From Terriglobales bacterium (GTDB lineage: Bacteria > Acidobacteriota > Terriglobia > Terriglobales > Acidobacteriaceae), in the NCBI GenBank assembly GCA_035632335.1, contig DASQHA010000244.1, forward strand, positions 16,335-80,334: a stretch of DNA of 64,000 bases, given 5' to 3'. Each line of letters starts with the position of its first letter. Position 1 is the stretch's first letter. Shown piece by piece: positions 45,251 through 54,877 of the stretch. The position numbers and the translations under genes are program-made. The notes below the pieces were generated by a model, which saw only the letters and a list, made by a program, of their open reading frames with translations, had not been told where the DNA came from and ran no database searches.

Positions 45251-48200
45251 TCAGAATTGAAACCTCAGATTGGCTTGCAGGACGCGCATGCCGTTTGCGT
45301 TATTGGGTAATCCGAATTGAGTGCTTCCGATTGTTGTATCCCAATTAGGGAAAGTCACATGGTTGAGCACATTGGTAGCTTGCACACTGATATCGCAGTC
45401 GCGACGCTCCCCGAACTGGAAGTTGCGTTGCACCGAGGCGTTCACATTCAACTGGCCTGGGCCCATAATGATGTTTCGGCCGGCATTTCCCCATTGGCCC
45501 GGCGGCGGGGCGATAAAGGCGGCTGGGTTGAGGTGCAACCCTGATCCGGGAACAACCGCATAAATGGAGGCCCCGGTCAGATTCGGGCGTTCGCTTCCGG
45601 TGACGCCGGTACCTTTCACTGTGAGGGGCAGGATGGGGGTCAGGGGTGCGCCGCTGGCCACCGTGAGGTCGGAGGTAATGGTCCAACCTCTGACGAGGGC
45701 CCCCTTCTTTCCCTTCATCAGCGCCAAGCCTCCCGTTCCCACTTCGTCGCTGAATTGCATACGCACATTCAGAGTCTGGTTGCGGACGCCGCTGGTAGGT
45801 CCCCGCTCGGCCGACAAGTCCAGCCAGTTCTGCGCCACCACGCTCCCCAGAGCATCGTCGAAGGCCTTCGCGAAAATGTAGCTGACGTTGCCGGAAAAGC
45901 CTCCGCGCGCGCGCCGCTGCAACTGCAAGATCGCAGAGTTATAGGTGTTATTGCCGTTTGAAGTTTCGTAGGTATAGCCAGCCGGACCACTCAGCGCGCC
46001 GGTATATCCGCTCGGCACCGAATTCGGCAGGAATTGCTGGGGAAGCCGCGTGCCCTTGGAACCGGAGTACGTGGCGGTCCCCACCAGCGCCCATGCCAGG
46101 CTCTGCTGAACGGAAGCCTGCCAGTTCTGCGAGTAGCCCACGCGGAAGTTCGGGTCGATGGCAAAGGTGTTGGTAGCAGTATTCGCGGGAAGCAGGAGGC
46201 CGGAACCTAGCGTCAACAAGTTGCCAGGCGAACTGGACAAGCGGGCGCTGGTGGAAATCGGCGATTGCTGCGCCATCTGGTTAGCAATGCTCGTGTAGAC
46301 CGAGCTGTTGTAGTAGACGCCGTATCCGGCACGCAGCACCGTGGACCTCTTGGCGAAAGGCCGGTACGCAATGCCGAGACGCGGCGCGAAAGCATGCTTG
46401 TCCGGGCTGACCAGTGAGCTGGGCAGATTCGCCTGGGCAGCGGAGGTGCACCCAGCGACGTACGCGCCACAAACCGGGGCGATCGCCGAGAACCCCGGCG
46501 CGATATTCAGATTCACCAGCCGGCCATACAACTCGGTAATCGGCGCGCCGTATTCCCAGCGAAGGCCCGAGGTGATGGACAGCGCGGGTGTCACTCGCCA
46601 ATCATCGTTGATGAAGGCGTCATACCAGGACGTCCGGAAGTATTTATCGGCATTTCCGAATGCGATCGCGACGGTATCCGCGTAGCCAAGGAAGAAATCG
46701 GCAAAGTCGTGGCCGGTTCCAACCACGCCCACCCCGTTCACAACCTGCTGTGTGGCTGTGCCGTTGAATGTGAACTGCCCGCGGGCATTCTGTTGCAAAA
46801 GAGGATTGATCTGGAGCCGCCGGAAATCTCCGCCGAACGTGAGTTGATGCGGCCCGTGCGACCAGGTCAAACTCTCGCCTACCGCACTCGTCTGATTGCG
46901 ATTGAGCGCCTCTTGCCCGTCGGAAAGACCAGCGAAGCCATTCGAAAAGGACAGACTGGGAGGTCCCCAGTTCAGCGGGTCCCCGCTCGTGCCAGCGATC
47001 CCAGCCTGCTGCGCCACGTTCGCGCGGTTCGCGAAGTACGGCGTCGCCAGGGTCGAGGAACGGCTCCACGTATATCGCACGCTGCTGAAGAGCAGCGGCG
47101 TAATGCGATAGGTCCACGTGACGTCCGCGTTGATCCCCGTCATGGAATTGGCGTCTTGGAAGTTGAAAACGCTCTGACTGGTCCCGTTGCTGCGCTGATA
47201 GCCGAGTGCGCCGCTCAACTGGTTCTTGGGATTGATCCTGACGTTGCTGATTCGCAGGTTTACATTGTCCTGGTTCGTCGTGCCCACCAGCGGCGTCTGG
47301 TAATTGAAACGGTTGTTCGCGTTAAAGTTCGGCAACGGATAAAAGTTCAATAGGCTGGCAGCCTGAGGGCTGATCCGGCTCGGAGGAATGACATTGTTCG
47401 GGAACGGATTCCCGCTGAGCGGATCAAAGATCTGCACTGGCTTCCCTCGCGAGTCCACCGTCTGCGAGAAATCTCCCATGCGCTCGGCCGCAGTGGGCAT
47501 TAGGGCGGAACTGGTGCTTCCGTTTCGGGTTCGAGCCAACTGATAGGTGACGGTGAATGCCGGAGCATTCGTGAACTTCAGCAAGCGCGGAATTCTGATG
47601 GGGCCGCCAACCGTGACCGACATGCGAGATTTGGCATAGGCCGCTTTGGGGGTGTCCTGACCCGTGAGGGAATAACTGCGCGCATCAAGCGCTGAGTTGT
47701 CCAAGAAGGATGAGAAGTTGCCGGTGTATTGTGGCCGGGAACTGCGGCGTCCGTTGCCAAACGACGCCTGGGTATTCCCTCGTCCTCCCGGACCGCCACC
47801 GCCGCGGCCGCCCTGGCCGCCACCGCCCGGACCACCACCGCGGCCGCCTTGCCCGCCACCGGGACCGAATCCACCGCCGCCGCGGCCACCGCCACCACCA
47901 CGGCCCCCACCATCGCCAGGTCCGCCCCCCGGTCCGCCGACGTCACCGAGGCTGGTGATACCCAATGCGCCTGGAATGCCTCCATCTCCGCCGCGGCCGC
48001 CACCGCCGCCGAAGCCCCAATCATTCTGGTGGGGCACACCAAGTCCGCTGCTCACGCTGCCATTGACCACGACCGCATCGGCGCTCTGAGTAATGTCGCC
48101 GGCAGAAATGCTGGCACCGCCTATCCCGACGGCCGACAGATCGCCAGACTGGTTCACATTTGCGAGCTGGAATCCGCCACCTCGAGCGGCCTGTCCTATG

Positions 48201-48730
48201 GAAGGCCGCCCATTCCCCCCAGATGTGCCTCGCCCACCGCCCTGACTCGAAGGCCGGACCGGTGTCTGCACGCTCTCCGCCACTGGCGTGGGCCGCGCCG
48301 CGGCCGGCGTTATGAGGGTGGCACCGGTCGGCGCGACCGCAACCTGTAATGTTACCGTCTCAGCTGCCGGCGCCTGAGGCGGCGCCGAGGCAGCCGCAAC
48401 CGCCGCTTTGATGCCTTCCGGGGACAGCAGCTTTAGGTCCCACTCGGCGCTGGGTGCGGAGACACCCACCCCAACCTCTCTTGTAGACTTCGCGAAGGCC
48501 AACATCTCGATCTCAACGGTCCAAACCCCGTCCGCCAGATCAGGGAACGAATACACACCCTGGTCGTCGGTGGTAGTGAGCACTTTCTTATCGCCCATGG
48601 TGGCAGTCACCGCAGCGCCGGGGACGGGTAATCCACTGTATTTCACGATGCCATGATTCTCAGAAGCGTCCAGCCTCGTCACGGCGATCAACGCGACCAA
48701 CAGGCAAATAATGTAGGTGTGAACGCGCAC
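45251..48730 (-). CDS. CarboxypepD_reg-domain outer-membrane barrel (1159 aa) with about 230-aa Ala/Pro/Gly/Arg low-complexity linker
   Basis: GTG start 48730. Signal peptide, GIVKYSGLPVPGAAVTAT...GVWTVEIEMLAF, a long low-complexity region, barrel, and terminal ..LRFQF. The stop is 2 nt from the VWA gene start. Confidence 0.85.
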   Translation of the reverse strand: MRVHTYIICLLVALIAVTRLDASENHGIVKYSGLPVPGAAVTATMGDKKVLTTTDDQGVYSFPDLADGVWTVEIEMLAFAKSTREVGVGVSAPSAEWDLKLLSPEGIKAAVAAASAPPQAPAAETVTLQVAVAPTGATLITPAAARPTPVAESVQTPVRPSSQGGGRGTSGGNGRPSIGQAARGGGFQLANVNQSGDLSAVGIGGASISAGDITQSADAVVVNGSVSSGLGVPHQNDWGFGGGGGRGGDGGIPGALGITSLGDVGGPGGGPGDGGGRGGGGGRGGGGFGPGGGQGGRGGGPGGGGQGGRGGGGPGGRGNTQASFGNGRRSSRPQYTGNFSSFLDNSALDARSYSLTGQDTPKAAYAKSRMSVTVGGPIRIPRLLKFTNAPAFTVTYQLARTRNGSTSSALMPTAAERMGDFSQTVDSRGKPVQIFDPLSGNPFPNNVIPPSRISPQAASLLNFYPLPNFNANNRFNYQTPLVGTTNQDNVNLRISNVRINPKNQLSGALGYQRSNGTSQSVFNFQDANSMTGINADVTWTYRITPLLFSSVRYTWSRSSTLATPYFANRANVAQQAGIAGTSGDPLNWGPPSLSFSNGFAGLSDGQEALNRNQTSAVGESLTWSHGPHQLTFGGDFRRLQINPLLQQNARGQFTFNGTATQQVVNGVGVVGTGHDFADFFLGYADTVAIAFGNADKYFRTSWYDAFINDDWRVTPALSITSGLRWEYGAPITELYGRLVNLNIAPGFSAIAPVCGAYVAGCTSAAQANLPSSLVSPDKHAFAPRLGIAYRPFAKRSTVLRAGYGVYYNSSVYTSIANQMAQQSPISTSARLSSSPGNLLTLGSGLLLPANTATNTFAIDPNFRVGYSQNWQASVQQSLAWALVGTATYSGSKGTRLPQQFLPNSVPSGYTGALSGPAGYTYETSNGNNTYNSAILQLQRRARGGFSGNVSYIFAKAFDDALGSVVAQNWLDLSAERGPTSGVRNQTLNVRMQFSDEVGTGGLALMKGKKGALVRGWTITSDLTVASGAPLTPILPLTVKGTGVTGSERPNLTGASIYAVVPGSGLHLNPAAFIAPPPGQWGNAGRNIIMGPGQLNVNASVQRNFQFGERRDCDISVQATNVLNHVTFPNWDTTIGSTQFGLPNNANGMRVLQANLRFQF
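47780..48015 (-). repeat. GGN-codon low-complexity tract (Gly/Arg/Pro-rich coding repeat)
   Basis: Encodes GGGGGRGGDGG...GGGRGGGGGRGGGGFGPGGGQGGRGGGPGGGGQGGRGGGGPGGRG. The coding (minus) strand is extremely G-rich, and its antisense gives the Pro-rich shadow ORF 47697..48089. Confidence 0.9.
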
Positions 48731-48741
48731 GGCGACCTTTC

Positions 48742-48804
48742 CTCCGTTACAGAATACACGCGCGACCTTAATATCCTCTGAACCGTAAGCAGAACTCTGT
48801 GGCC
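48742..48804 (-). repeat. 63-nt leader/promoter segment nearly identical to 39521..39583
   Basis: 57 of 63 positions identical by hand alignment. Confidence 0.85.
48751..48782 (-). promoter_or_regulatory. shared box plus -10-like hexamer upstream of 45251..48730
   Basis: Minus strand reads TTCAGAGGATA TTAAGGTCGCG CGTG TATTCT. The hexamer ends 20 nt before GTG 48730, with GGAGG between them. Confidence 0.6.
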
Positions 48805-48843
48805 AGGCACTTGAATTTGAGGTTCCTGCCGAGCCTCACAGCT

Positions 48844-50745
48844 TCACAGAGCGTAGGCCAACGCAATGGCTGCCCAGGAAGTAGCAGACGCGGAGATGAA
48901 CTGGTCCGTCCCATGCGGGAAACCGGATTCGAAATACGGCTGGAATCCGAACGCACGGGAGCGCACGAGCCAGGTGCCGTCTTCGAGCTGAGTGCGAAGC
49001 AGGTACGCCACCCCGTTCTTATAGGCAGCGCTTTTCGGGGACATGCCGCTGGTCTGAAGCGCGTAGAGAGCCTGCCCGGTGGCATAGGCGTCCGAAGTCA
49101 TCGTGGGCAACTGAGCCCAGCCGCCGTCGGCACGCTGGAGCGCCAGCAGGCGCTTCGCTTGCCCGGAAATCTCCGCAGCCGGCACGCGGGACCAAACGAA
49201 TCCAAGCAGCTTGAAGGCTTCGTCTTGGGTGGAAACAGGCGAAGCGGCGCGCAGGAATTCGCGGGCCCGCGCGGTGCGCGCCCGGATGTCTTGTCGCTGG
49301 CCCGGCGGCCCGTACACATCAAGGCCGCGGATGGCCATCGCCGTAAACGGGATGCGGCTGTTGTCGGCCTGAGGCGGTCGAGTGTCTAGAAACACCCAGC
49401 TCCCATCGGCTCGCTGTGTACTGGCCAGATTTACCATTGCCGCATCGGTCGCCGAATTCGGTGGCACCCCTGCTTCGGCTAGTGCAACAAGCCCGTAAGT
49501 GAGCTCGTTGGCGCCGCCGCCAACCTCGCGGCCGAGCATGAGGTCTTCGCGACGTCCAGTCCACACTTCGAGTATCGACTGAACGGGATGCGCTGCGGCT
49601 GCGGCGCCGATGGTGATCCCTCGTGCAGCGCCAAGTTTTATGGCCATCAGCGGAAGGATCTGGTTGTGACACGAGATGCATTTCCTGGTCTCGTAGGAGA
49701 CTGGGCTGGTGGGCGCCAATCTGGCTAGGGCCTGTTCGATGGCGGCCCGAGCCGATCGCGGCTTCTCTCGCGCCGCCGGCGGCAACGGAGGCGCTATGGC
49801 GGTCGCTCCCGCTGTTCGCAGGACGCGGGCCACTTCCGTGTCGCCCTGCATCAACGCCCAGTCCAGCGCGGTGCGGCCCGCCTTATCGCGGGCTCCGGGG
49901 TCGGCGGCTTTCTCGATCAACAGGCGCACCATTGCCGGGTCTGGACGAGGAGCCGCCGCCGCCATCATCAGCGGCGTCACATCCTGCTGGCTCTTAGCGT
50001 TGGGATTTCCTCCGCGTTCCATCAGCAGCCGCGCTGTGTCCAACTGCCCCTGAAAGGCCGCGGCCGCGACGATCGGAAACCTCCCCCTTGGATTCGGGTT
50101 GGCTCCTAGATCCAGGAGCTCCCGGATCACCACCGTGTTCGCGAGCGAAAAATTCGCCAGGCTTGGCGCCCCTGACTTTGCCAGGTCCTTTAGCTCGATT
50201 CCGGCAGCCGCGAGGATCTGGCGCGTCTCCGGATGCTCGCCATAGACGATTCGAAGCAGCTCGGCTTCCTCATTCACAGACGCTTTTGGACCGGATCCGC
50301 GAGCGAGCAACAACCGCATGACCTCGGTGTTTCCGCGGCGCGCGGCAGTGACTAGCGCGGTGCTGCCGTCCTTCAATCTGGCGTTAGCTTCGGCGCCGTG
50401 GTCGAGCAGCAGGCGGACTTTCGTTGTATCGCCGGTGGCCCACATGAGCGCCGTGGCGCCGCCCTTGCTGGAGGCGTTCACGTCGGCGCCCGCGTCGATC
50501 AGGACGCGCAGACAGTCCGGCGCCGCGAAGGCAGCCGCGTACATTAAGGCCGTCGCACCGATGTCATCGCGCGTGTTCGGATCGGCGCCGGACTTGAGCA
50601 ACGCAGTAACTGCACGAGTGTCGTTGCCGCGGACAGCGTCCAGCAGCCGCATTTCTGCGGCGCCAACAGCTCCCGTCAGGATCAGAGCGATGATCGCCGT
50701 CAAGCCGAAAGCCGCGACATCGAGTTTCGCGTGCGTCACCTCCAC
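48844..50745 (-). CDS. ankyrin-repeat / CXXCH / prenyltransferase-terpene-cyclase-like toroid fusion protein
   Basis: N-terminal hydrophobic segment, at least 7 ankyrin-like repeats (G.T.L..A......V..LL..GA..N), a single CISCH motif, and C-terminal repeats with QRADGSW / QRADGGW / QLEDGTW (QW-like motifs). Confidence 0.8.
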   Translation of the reverse strand: MEVTHAKLDVAAFGLTAIIALILTGAVGAAEMRLLDAVRGNDTRAVTALLKSGADPNTRDDIGATALMYAAAFAAPDCLRVLIDAGADVNASSKGGATALMWATGDTTKVRLLLDHGAEANARLKDGSTALVTAARRGNTEVMRLLLARGSGPKASVNEEAELLRIVYGEHPETRQILAAAGIELKDLAKSGAPSLANFSLANTVVIRELLDLGANPNPRGRFPIVAAAAFQGQLDTARLLMERGGNPNAKSQQDVTPLMMAAAAPRPDPAMVRLLIEKAADPGARDKAGRTALDWALMQGDTEVARVLRTAGATAIAPPLPPAAREKPRSARAAIEQALARLAPTSPVSYETRKCISCHNQILPLMAIKLGAARGITIGAAAAAHPVQSILEVWTGRREDLMLGREVGGGANELTYGLVALAEAGVPPNSATDAAMVNLASTQRADGSWVFLDTRPPQADNSRIPFTAMAIRGLDVYGPPGQRQDIRARTARAREFLRAASPVSTQDEAFKLLGFVWSRVPAAEISGQAKRLLALQRADGGWAQLPTMTSDAYATGQALYALQTSGMSPKSAAYKNGVAYLLRTQLEDGTWLVRSRAFGFQPYFESGFPHGTDQFISASATSWAAIALAYAL

Positions 50746-50778
50746 CTCACCACTGAGCTGATGCTCCCCCCTGTTGCT

Positions 50779-51963
50779 TCACTTGCCCGGCGCCACGACG
50801 AAGATGCCCTTCCCGGCAACTGGAACGAAGATGTGTCTGTTTTTCGCATTAACGGCAACCGAGTGGCTCCCGAGGGGAATGTTGACAACGAACTTTTCAG
50901 TACTGCCGTTAACCACGGCCACCCCTCCGTTTGCCGAGGAACGCGAGAAGTAGTAGTTATTGGACCCCGGATCGTACCAGACTTCGTCTGCGTCGGCCCC
51001 TTGGGGCACGGTCTTTAAAATCTTCCCGGTTTTAGGATCGATAGACACGCCGCCCACGCTGCCACACACGGTCATTAGACGCCCGTTCGGCCCAACCGTG
51101 AGGCCGCTAACGGTAAGGCCGAGCAATCCTCCGGTACACTCCACCGGGAAGCTCCTGACCGGATTCGGGAGCTTGTGGGGATCGAACACATCGATACGAT
51201 TCTTCTTCCCAGGAACGTTCTGGTAAAACAACCCGGTCTGGCGAACCCAAACGGGTTGTTCCATGCCATCCTGTTCCGCCGGATAAACGTAGTGGCCCAA
51301 CACGGCCCCATCGATAACGGAGATGAAAGTGATGAGCGGCGGTGAATCACCATCATTCTCAGTTAGCAGAATCCGATTGATCGGATCATAAGCCATTTCA
51401 TCGACCCGTCCCTTCCCGCCGGTTGGGATCGACCGAATGATGGCAGTGCCCGGTTTCGCTGCGTCGGCTTCAATGATGTTGCCATCACCGTCTCCAGCCC
51501 ATACGTGGCCGAGGTTATCGGTGACGACTCCATTTGGCCCAGCGCAGTGGCGCAGCTCTCTGGGTTGGCCAGGGCAAGGTCTGCTCCCGGTGTAGTGACC
51601 GCGTCCGATGAACCCTAGGAACGTATCGGTGGCGGAATCAACCAAGTCGATGGCGTTGTTCGCACGGTCGGCGAGGTAGTACCTTTGCGTGGAGTTGTCG
51701 TTCCAACTGACATCGAAGGCGCCGAGATTGGTAGGCGAACCCTTGACCAGAACCGGTGCAGTAAACATCTGCCCGGATTCACGTGGCGCGGGGGTGGATT
51801 GGGCGGACTTGGTTGACCGCGGGGTTTGGCCCGATGACGATGGTGCACCTCCAACGGCGGCCAGCAATGCCGAGCAGACGATGGAGCAGATCCTGATTCG
51901 TATGGTCGTCATGGTTACGAGCGTTTTCGTGACAGACTTTCTGGCTTGCATTACAGGAGGCAC
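50779..51963 (-). CDS. secreted beta-propeller-like protein; start uncertain (GTG 51963, ATG 51951 or ATG 51912)
   Basis: Signal-like MTTIRIRICSIVCSALLAAVGG. Repeated blade-like segments (YYLADRANNAIDLVD, VWAGDGDGNIIEAD, NRILLTENDGD, NYYFSRSSANGGVAVVN, HIFVPVAGKGIFVV). Confidence 0.7.
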   Translation of the reverse strand: MPPVMQARKSVTKTLVTMTTIRIRICSIVCSALLAAVGGAPSSSGQTPRSTKSAQSTPAPRESGQMFTAPVLVKGSPTNLGAFDVSWNDNSTQRYYLADRANNAIDLVDSATDTFLGFIGRGHYTGSRPCPGQPRELRHCAGPNGVVTDNLGHVWAGDGDGNIIEADAAKPGTAIIRSIPTGGKGRVDEMAYDPINRILLTENDGDSPPLITFISVIDGAVLGHYVYPAEQDGMEQPVWVRQTGLFYQNVPGKKNRIDVFDPHKLPNPVRSFPVECTGGLLGLTVSGLTVGPNGRLMTVCGSVGGVSIDPKTGKILKTVPQGADADEVWYDPGSNNYYFSRSSANGGVAVVNGSTEKFVVNIPLGSHSVAVNAKNRHIFVPVAGKGIFVVAPGK

Positions 51964-51983
51964 GACCCTTTACGCCTCATTTC

Positions 51984-52015
51984 AGGATACGCGGCCAACC
52001 TTAATATCCGCTGAA
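51984..52015 (-). promoter_or_regulatory. shared box plus -10-like hexamer upstream of 50779..51963
   Basis: Minus strand reads TTCAGCGGATA TTAAGGTTGGC CGCG TATCCT. Confidence 0.6.
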
Positions 52016-52046
52016 CGCTTGCCCAGCGCGGTAGCTTGCCTGGGCG

Positions 52047-53114
52047 TTATGGGTTGCCGATGTCCAGAGTCCAGGACCCGAGCGACATCTCCTGTGTGCC
52101 AGGACGCCTCAGAATCGGTTCCACACCGGTCATCAGTGTGATCGCCGTGACGCGGTCCGCGATCGAACCCACTGTGCTCGATATGACGATCGCATCACCA
52201 GCCTTCAGATCCGTGAGCGCGATGCTCGGACTGCTCTCCAACATCTGCTGCAAGTCATCGCCGCGCGGTCCGCCTCCTTGCGCGGACGCCCCGCGGCCTT
52301 TCCCAGTCCCTTCCGTGCTCCCGTGAACTCGCTGGGCTATGGCTTGCGCAACTTGGGGCTGGAGCTTCCGCAAACTTGAATCTCCACTTACCTTCACCAC
52401 CAGCGCCTTCTTGGTATCGAGGTCGTTAATCCGTAGTTCATTCTGTTGCGGATTGAGCGAGAGGATGACACCGGCGATAGTGCGGAAACTTCCGGACACG
52501 ACTTCCTCGGCTATCATCCTGCTTCCGTCGCCAGTGCGGTTTCCGCGCGCCCGGACTTGATCTCCGGTCTTGATCTCACCCAGTGTAGACGGGCGAGCAT
52601 CCACGAACCGAACGGAATCGGGCGCGTAGCGTCTCACGTTGGCGTTCGACGCGAGCGTGATCGCTACAGAGGTAACACTCCCCGAAGTGCGCACGTTGAT
52701 TACGACCTGGTCGGCGCCCGCCATTGTGACCAAACCCACGACGCCGCGGCGATCCCAGTCTGCGCGGTCGGCCGCCTGCTGCTGGGCAATATCCCCCTGA
52801 GACATGACCACAACGAGCGTGGCTGCGACAGCGTTGCCATTCGCCCCGGCGCTCCCACGGGCCAGCACGCGATCACCCACGGAAATATCATTGAGTGTTA
52901 TTGTGGCGGCTTTCTGGAGGTCGGTTTCCCTCGGGGCAACTCGGCGGAAACTGGCTGAAGGCTGGGCGGTCACCACCAGCTCGGTCCCGGTATCTGTCAT
53001 GAGTGTGATCCGGCGGCCGCCGAGATCCACATTAGTGACCGCACCCAGCACGCGGTCCGTTTGCGCGAAAACCGGGACGATAAGAACAAAGGCGAGACAA
53101 CAAGCGAGCTTCAT
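52047..53114 (-). CDS. secreted repeat protein, unknown function
   Basis: Signal peptide MKLACCLAFVLIVPVFA. Three to four internally similar segments of the form G.V..V......I.[LV]........V......R........[LI]..I..GD.V.ARG. Gly-rich loop (GTGKGRGASAQGGGPRG). Confidence 0.65.
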   Translation of the reverse strand: MKLACCLAFVLIVPVFAQTDRVLGAVTNVDLGGRRITLMTDTGTELVVTAQPSASFRRVAPRETDLQKAATITLNDISVGDRVLARGSAGANGNAVAATLVVVMSQGDIAQQQAADRADWDRRGVVGLVTMAGADQVVINVRTSGSVTSVAITLASNANVRRYAPDSVRFVDARPSTLGEIKTGDQVRARGNRTGDGSRMIAEEVVSGSFRTIAGVILSLNPQQNELRINDLDTKKALVVKVSGDSSLRKLQPQVAQAIAQRVHGSTEGTGKGRGASAQGGGPRGDDLQQMLESSPSIALTDLKAGDAIVISSTVGSIADRVTAITLMTGVEPILRRPGTQEMSLGSWTLDIGNP

Positions 53115-53156
53115 TAGATCCTCCCTAGTATCAGGCGAGCGTTGCCCTTGTGCTCC

Positions 53157-54164
53157 TCATTTTGTCTCGTACACGAGGATTTCGGAAGGCTGCTCGCCCC
53201 GGTGTGGTACGGCGGCGAAGAGTTTCCCCAATTCTGGTACGAAGAGTCCGGTTCGGGTGCCCGGTGGGGTAGGATAGCGCGCGATCCTGTCGTAATGATC
53301 GGTGTCTTTCTGCTGCAAGACATCGATGAAGCCTTGACCTCCGATCACGTAGACCCGGCTTCTTTCGGAGTCGTAAAAGAGGTCGTCCGTATCGCCAATA
53401 ATTTCGGGGGATGCTACTGTCTGGCCACTCTCTGTGTCGAAGACCAGCAAACGCGCTGGCATGCGGCATCCGCTAAATAGCCGATGATGAGCCTCATCGA
53501 GCGCCATCGGGAAACACGTCTTCGCGGTGGTAGTGGGCCAACGGGCGAGGATCGTTCCCTTCACAAAGTCCGCGACTTGGACTTCTTGCTTATCGGGGAC
53601 ATTCACGAAAACGCGAGTCCCCGTCTTCTCAAGCTGGAACGATTCGGGGTGAGCATCCACGACAATCTCCCGGATCAGCTTCCCGCTGGAATCCAGAATC
53701 CCTAGCGCCCCGGCTCCCTGTGTCCGTCCCCTCAGCCCCTTTTCCCCGCCATATCCGACGGCCACGCCGCGGCTCCGGGCGTCGTAGCGAATATTATCGG
53801 CGTCGTCTGAGAACTTAACCGTATCGAGGAGCTGAAAGGTCGCACCATCGAAGATTCGCGTGGAGCCGTCAACACCGTTGGCGGCATACAGGCGATTGGT
53901 CGAAGCATCGTAGAACAATCCTTGCGGCTCCGCCAAACCCGGCAGCGTCCGGACCCGCTGGCCGGATTGCAGGTCGATCACTTCGACAGTGTTGTTGCCC
54001 AGGGCGGACACGAAGAGACGCTGGCCTTTGATGTCCACGCTGAGGTGATCCATCCGTCCATCGACGTTGGGCAGCGCGATGCGCGTTTTCAGCGACAAAG
54101 CCGAGGTCTCTTGCCCGGCGGCCAAACTGCTCAAGAGTAGAAGTGTTGCGATGCAGTATTTCAT
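53157..54164 (-). CDS. secreted beta-propeller protein (paralog of 41607..42656)
   Basis: Signal peptide MKYCIATLLLLSSLAAG. Collinear similarity with 41607..42656 along the whole length. Confidence 0.8.
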   Translation of the reverse strand: MKYCIATLLLLSSLAAGQETSALSLKTRIALPNVDGRMDHLSVDIKGQRLFVSALGNNTVEVIDLQSGQRVRTLPGLAEPQGLFYDASTNRLYAANGVDGSTRIFDGATFQLLDTVKFSDDADNIRYDARSRGVAVGYGGEKGLRGRTQGAGALGILDSSGKLIREIVVDAHPESFQLEKTGTRVFVNVPDKQEVQVADFVKGTILARWPTTTAKTCFPMALDEAHHRLFSGCRMPARLLVFDTESGQTVASPEIIGDTDDLFYDSERSRVYVIGGQGFIDVLQQKDTDHYDRIARYPTPPGTRTGLFVPELGKLFAAVPHRGEQPSEILVYETK

Positions 54165-54200
54165 TTGACCTCGTCCTCACTCTCACTATTGCGGGCGCTC

Positions 54201-54821
54201 CTACTTTGCGCCGTAGGCGAAGTCATCGAACAACGTCACGCTGTCGGCCTTGGTCCAGACACCGACTTTTCCCGCGTCCTTGAACTTCTCGTCGTCCCAT
54301 TCAATAGCTTTCTTACCGTCGAATGTCACCGTGAAGTGACTGCCCTGGAAATCGACCCTCAAAGTGTGCCACTCGCCAGTGGCCACTTTCATGTTCGTCC
54401 GCTTCCTTTCAGTGCGCCGCGCGTTGACGGTGTCGTAAATGGTGACATTGTCTTCGAGCGCATTGGCGCGAGCGACGTAGTAATTGTTCGAATCCTTGGC
54501 CCGCCAGATGACACCACCCGCCTGGTCCGTCTTGCCGGAGATTGGCTTAAACTTCACTTCGACAAAACCGTCCTTAAGGCTGCTGTCGTCCTTGATGCAA
54601 ACCGGATAGGTGGCCTCACCGGATTGCTTTAAAACGTTTGGCTTGCTAGGTGCCGTAGGGTCGCTCTCGATTGTCCACTTCGCGTCGCCGGTGCCGGTTT
54701 TGGTGCCGGTCCAGTTGGGCGGCAACGCGCCGGTTTTGAGGTTGTCGAAATTCACGGTTTGGGCCAGCGCTGCGCTGGCCAGTATCGTGGTAGCGAGTAT
54801 CACTACTGCTCGTGTTCTCAT
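54201..54821 (-). CDS. secreted concanavalin/LamG-fold protein (paralog 3 of 3)
   Basis: Signal peptide. QTVNFDNLKTGALPPNWTGTKTGTGDAKWTIESDPTAPSKPNVLKQSGEATYPVCIKDD... is nearly collinear with 41000..41620. ATG preceded by GAGGAG. Confidence 0.85.
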   Translation of the reverse strand: MRTRAVVILATTILASAALAQTVNFDNLKTGALPPNWTGTKTGTGDAKWTIESDPTAPSKPNVLKQSGEATYPVCIKDDSSLKDGFVEVKFKPISGKTDQAGGVIWRAKDSNNYYVARANALEDNVTIYDTVNARRTERKRTNMKVATGEWHTLRVDFQGSHFTVTFDGKKAIEWDDEKFKDAGKVGVWTKADSVTLFDDFAYGAK

Positions 54822-54877
54822 TGGGGTCTCCTCTGTCTGCCTTTCTTTTCATGCGGTGCATCGTGAGTTGTGCCGGT

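Noticed and set aside
46709-48349. Plus-strand ORFs 46709..47353, 47697..48089 and 47729..48349, including a poly-Pro product
   Set aside because: They are antisense to the 1159-aa barrel gene. The Pro-rich reading is simply the complement of the GGN (Gly) codon tract.
54165-54632. 155-codon plus-strand ORF
   Set aside because: It is antisense to the LamG-like gene 54201..54821, which has two paralogs and a good RBS.
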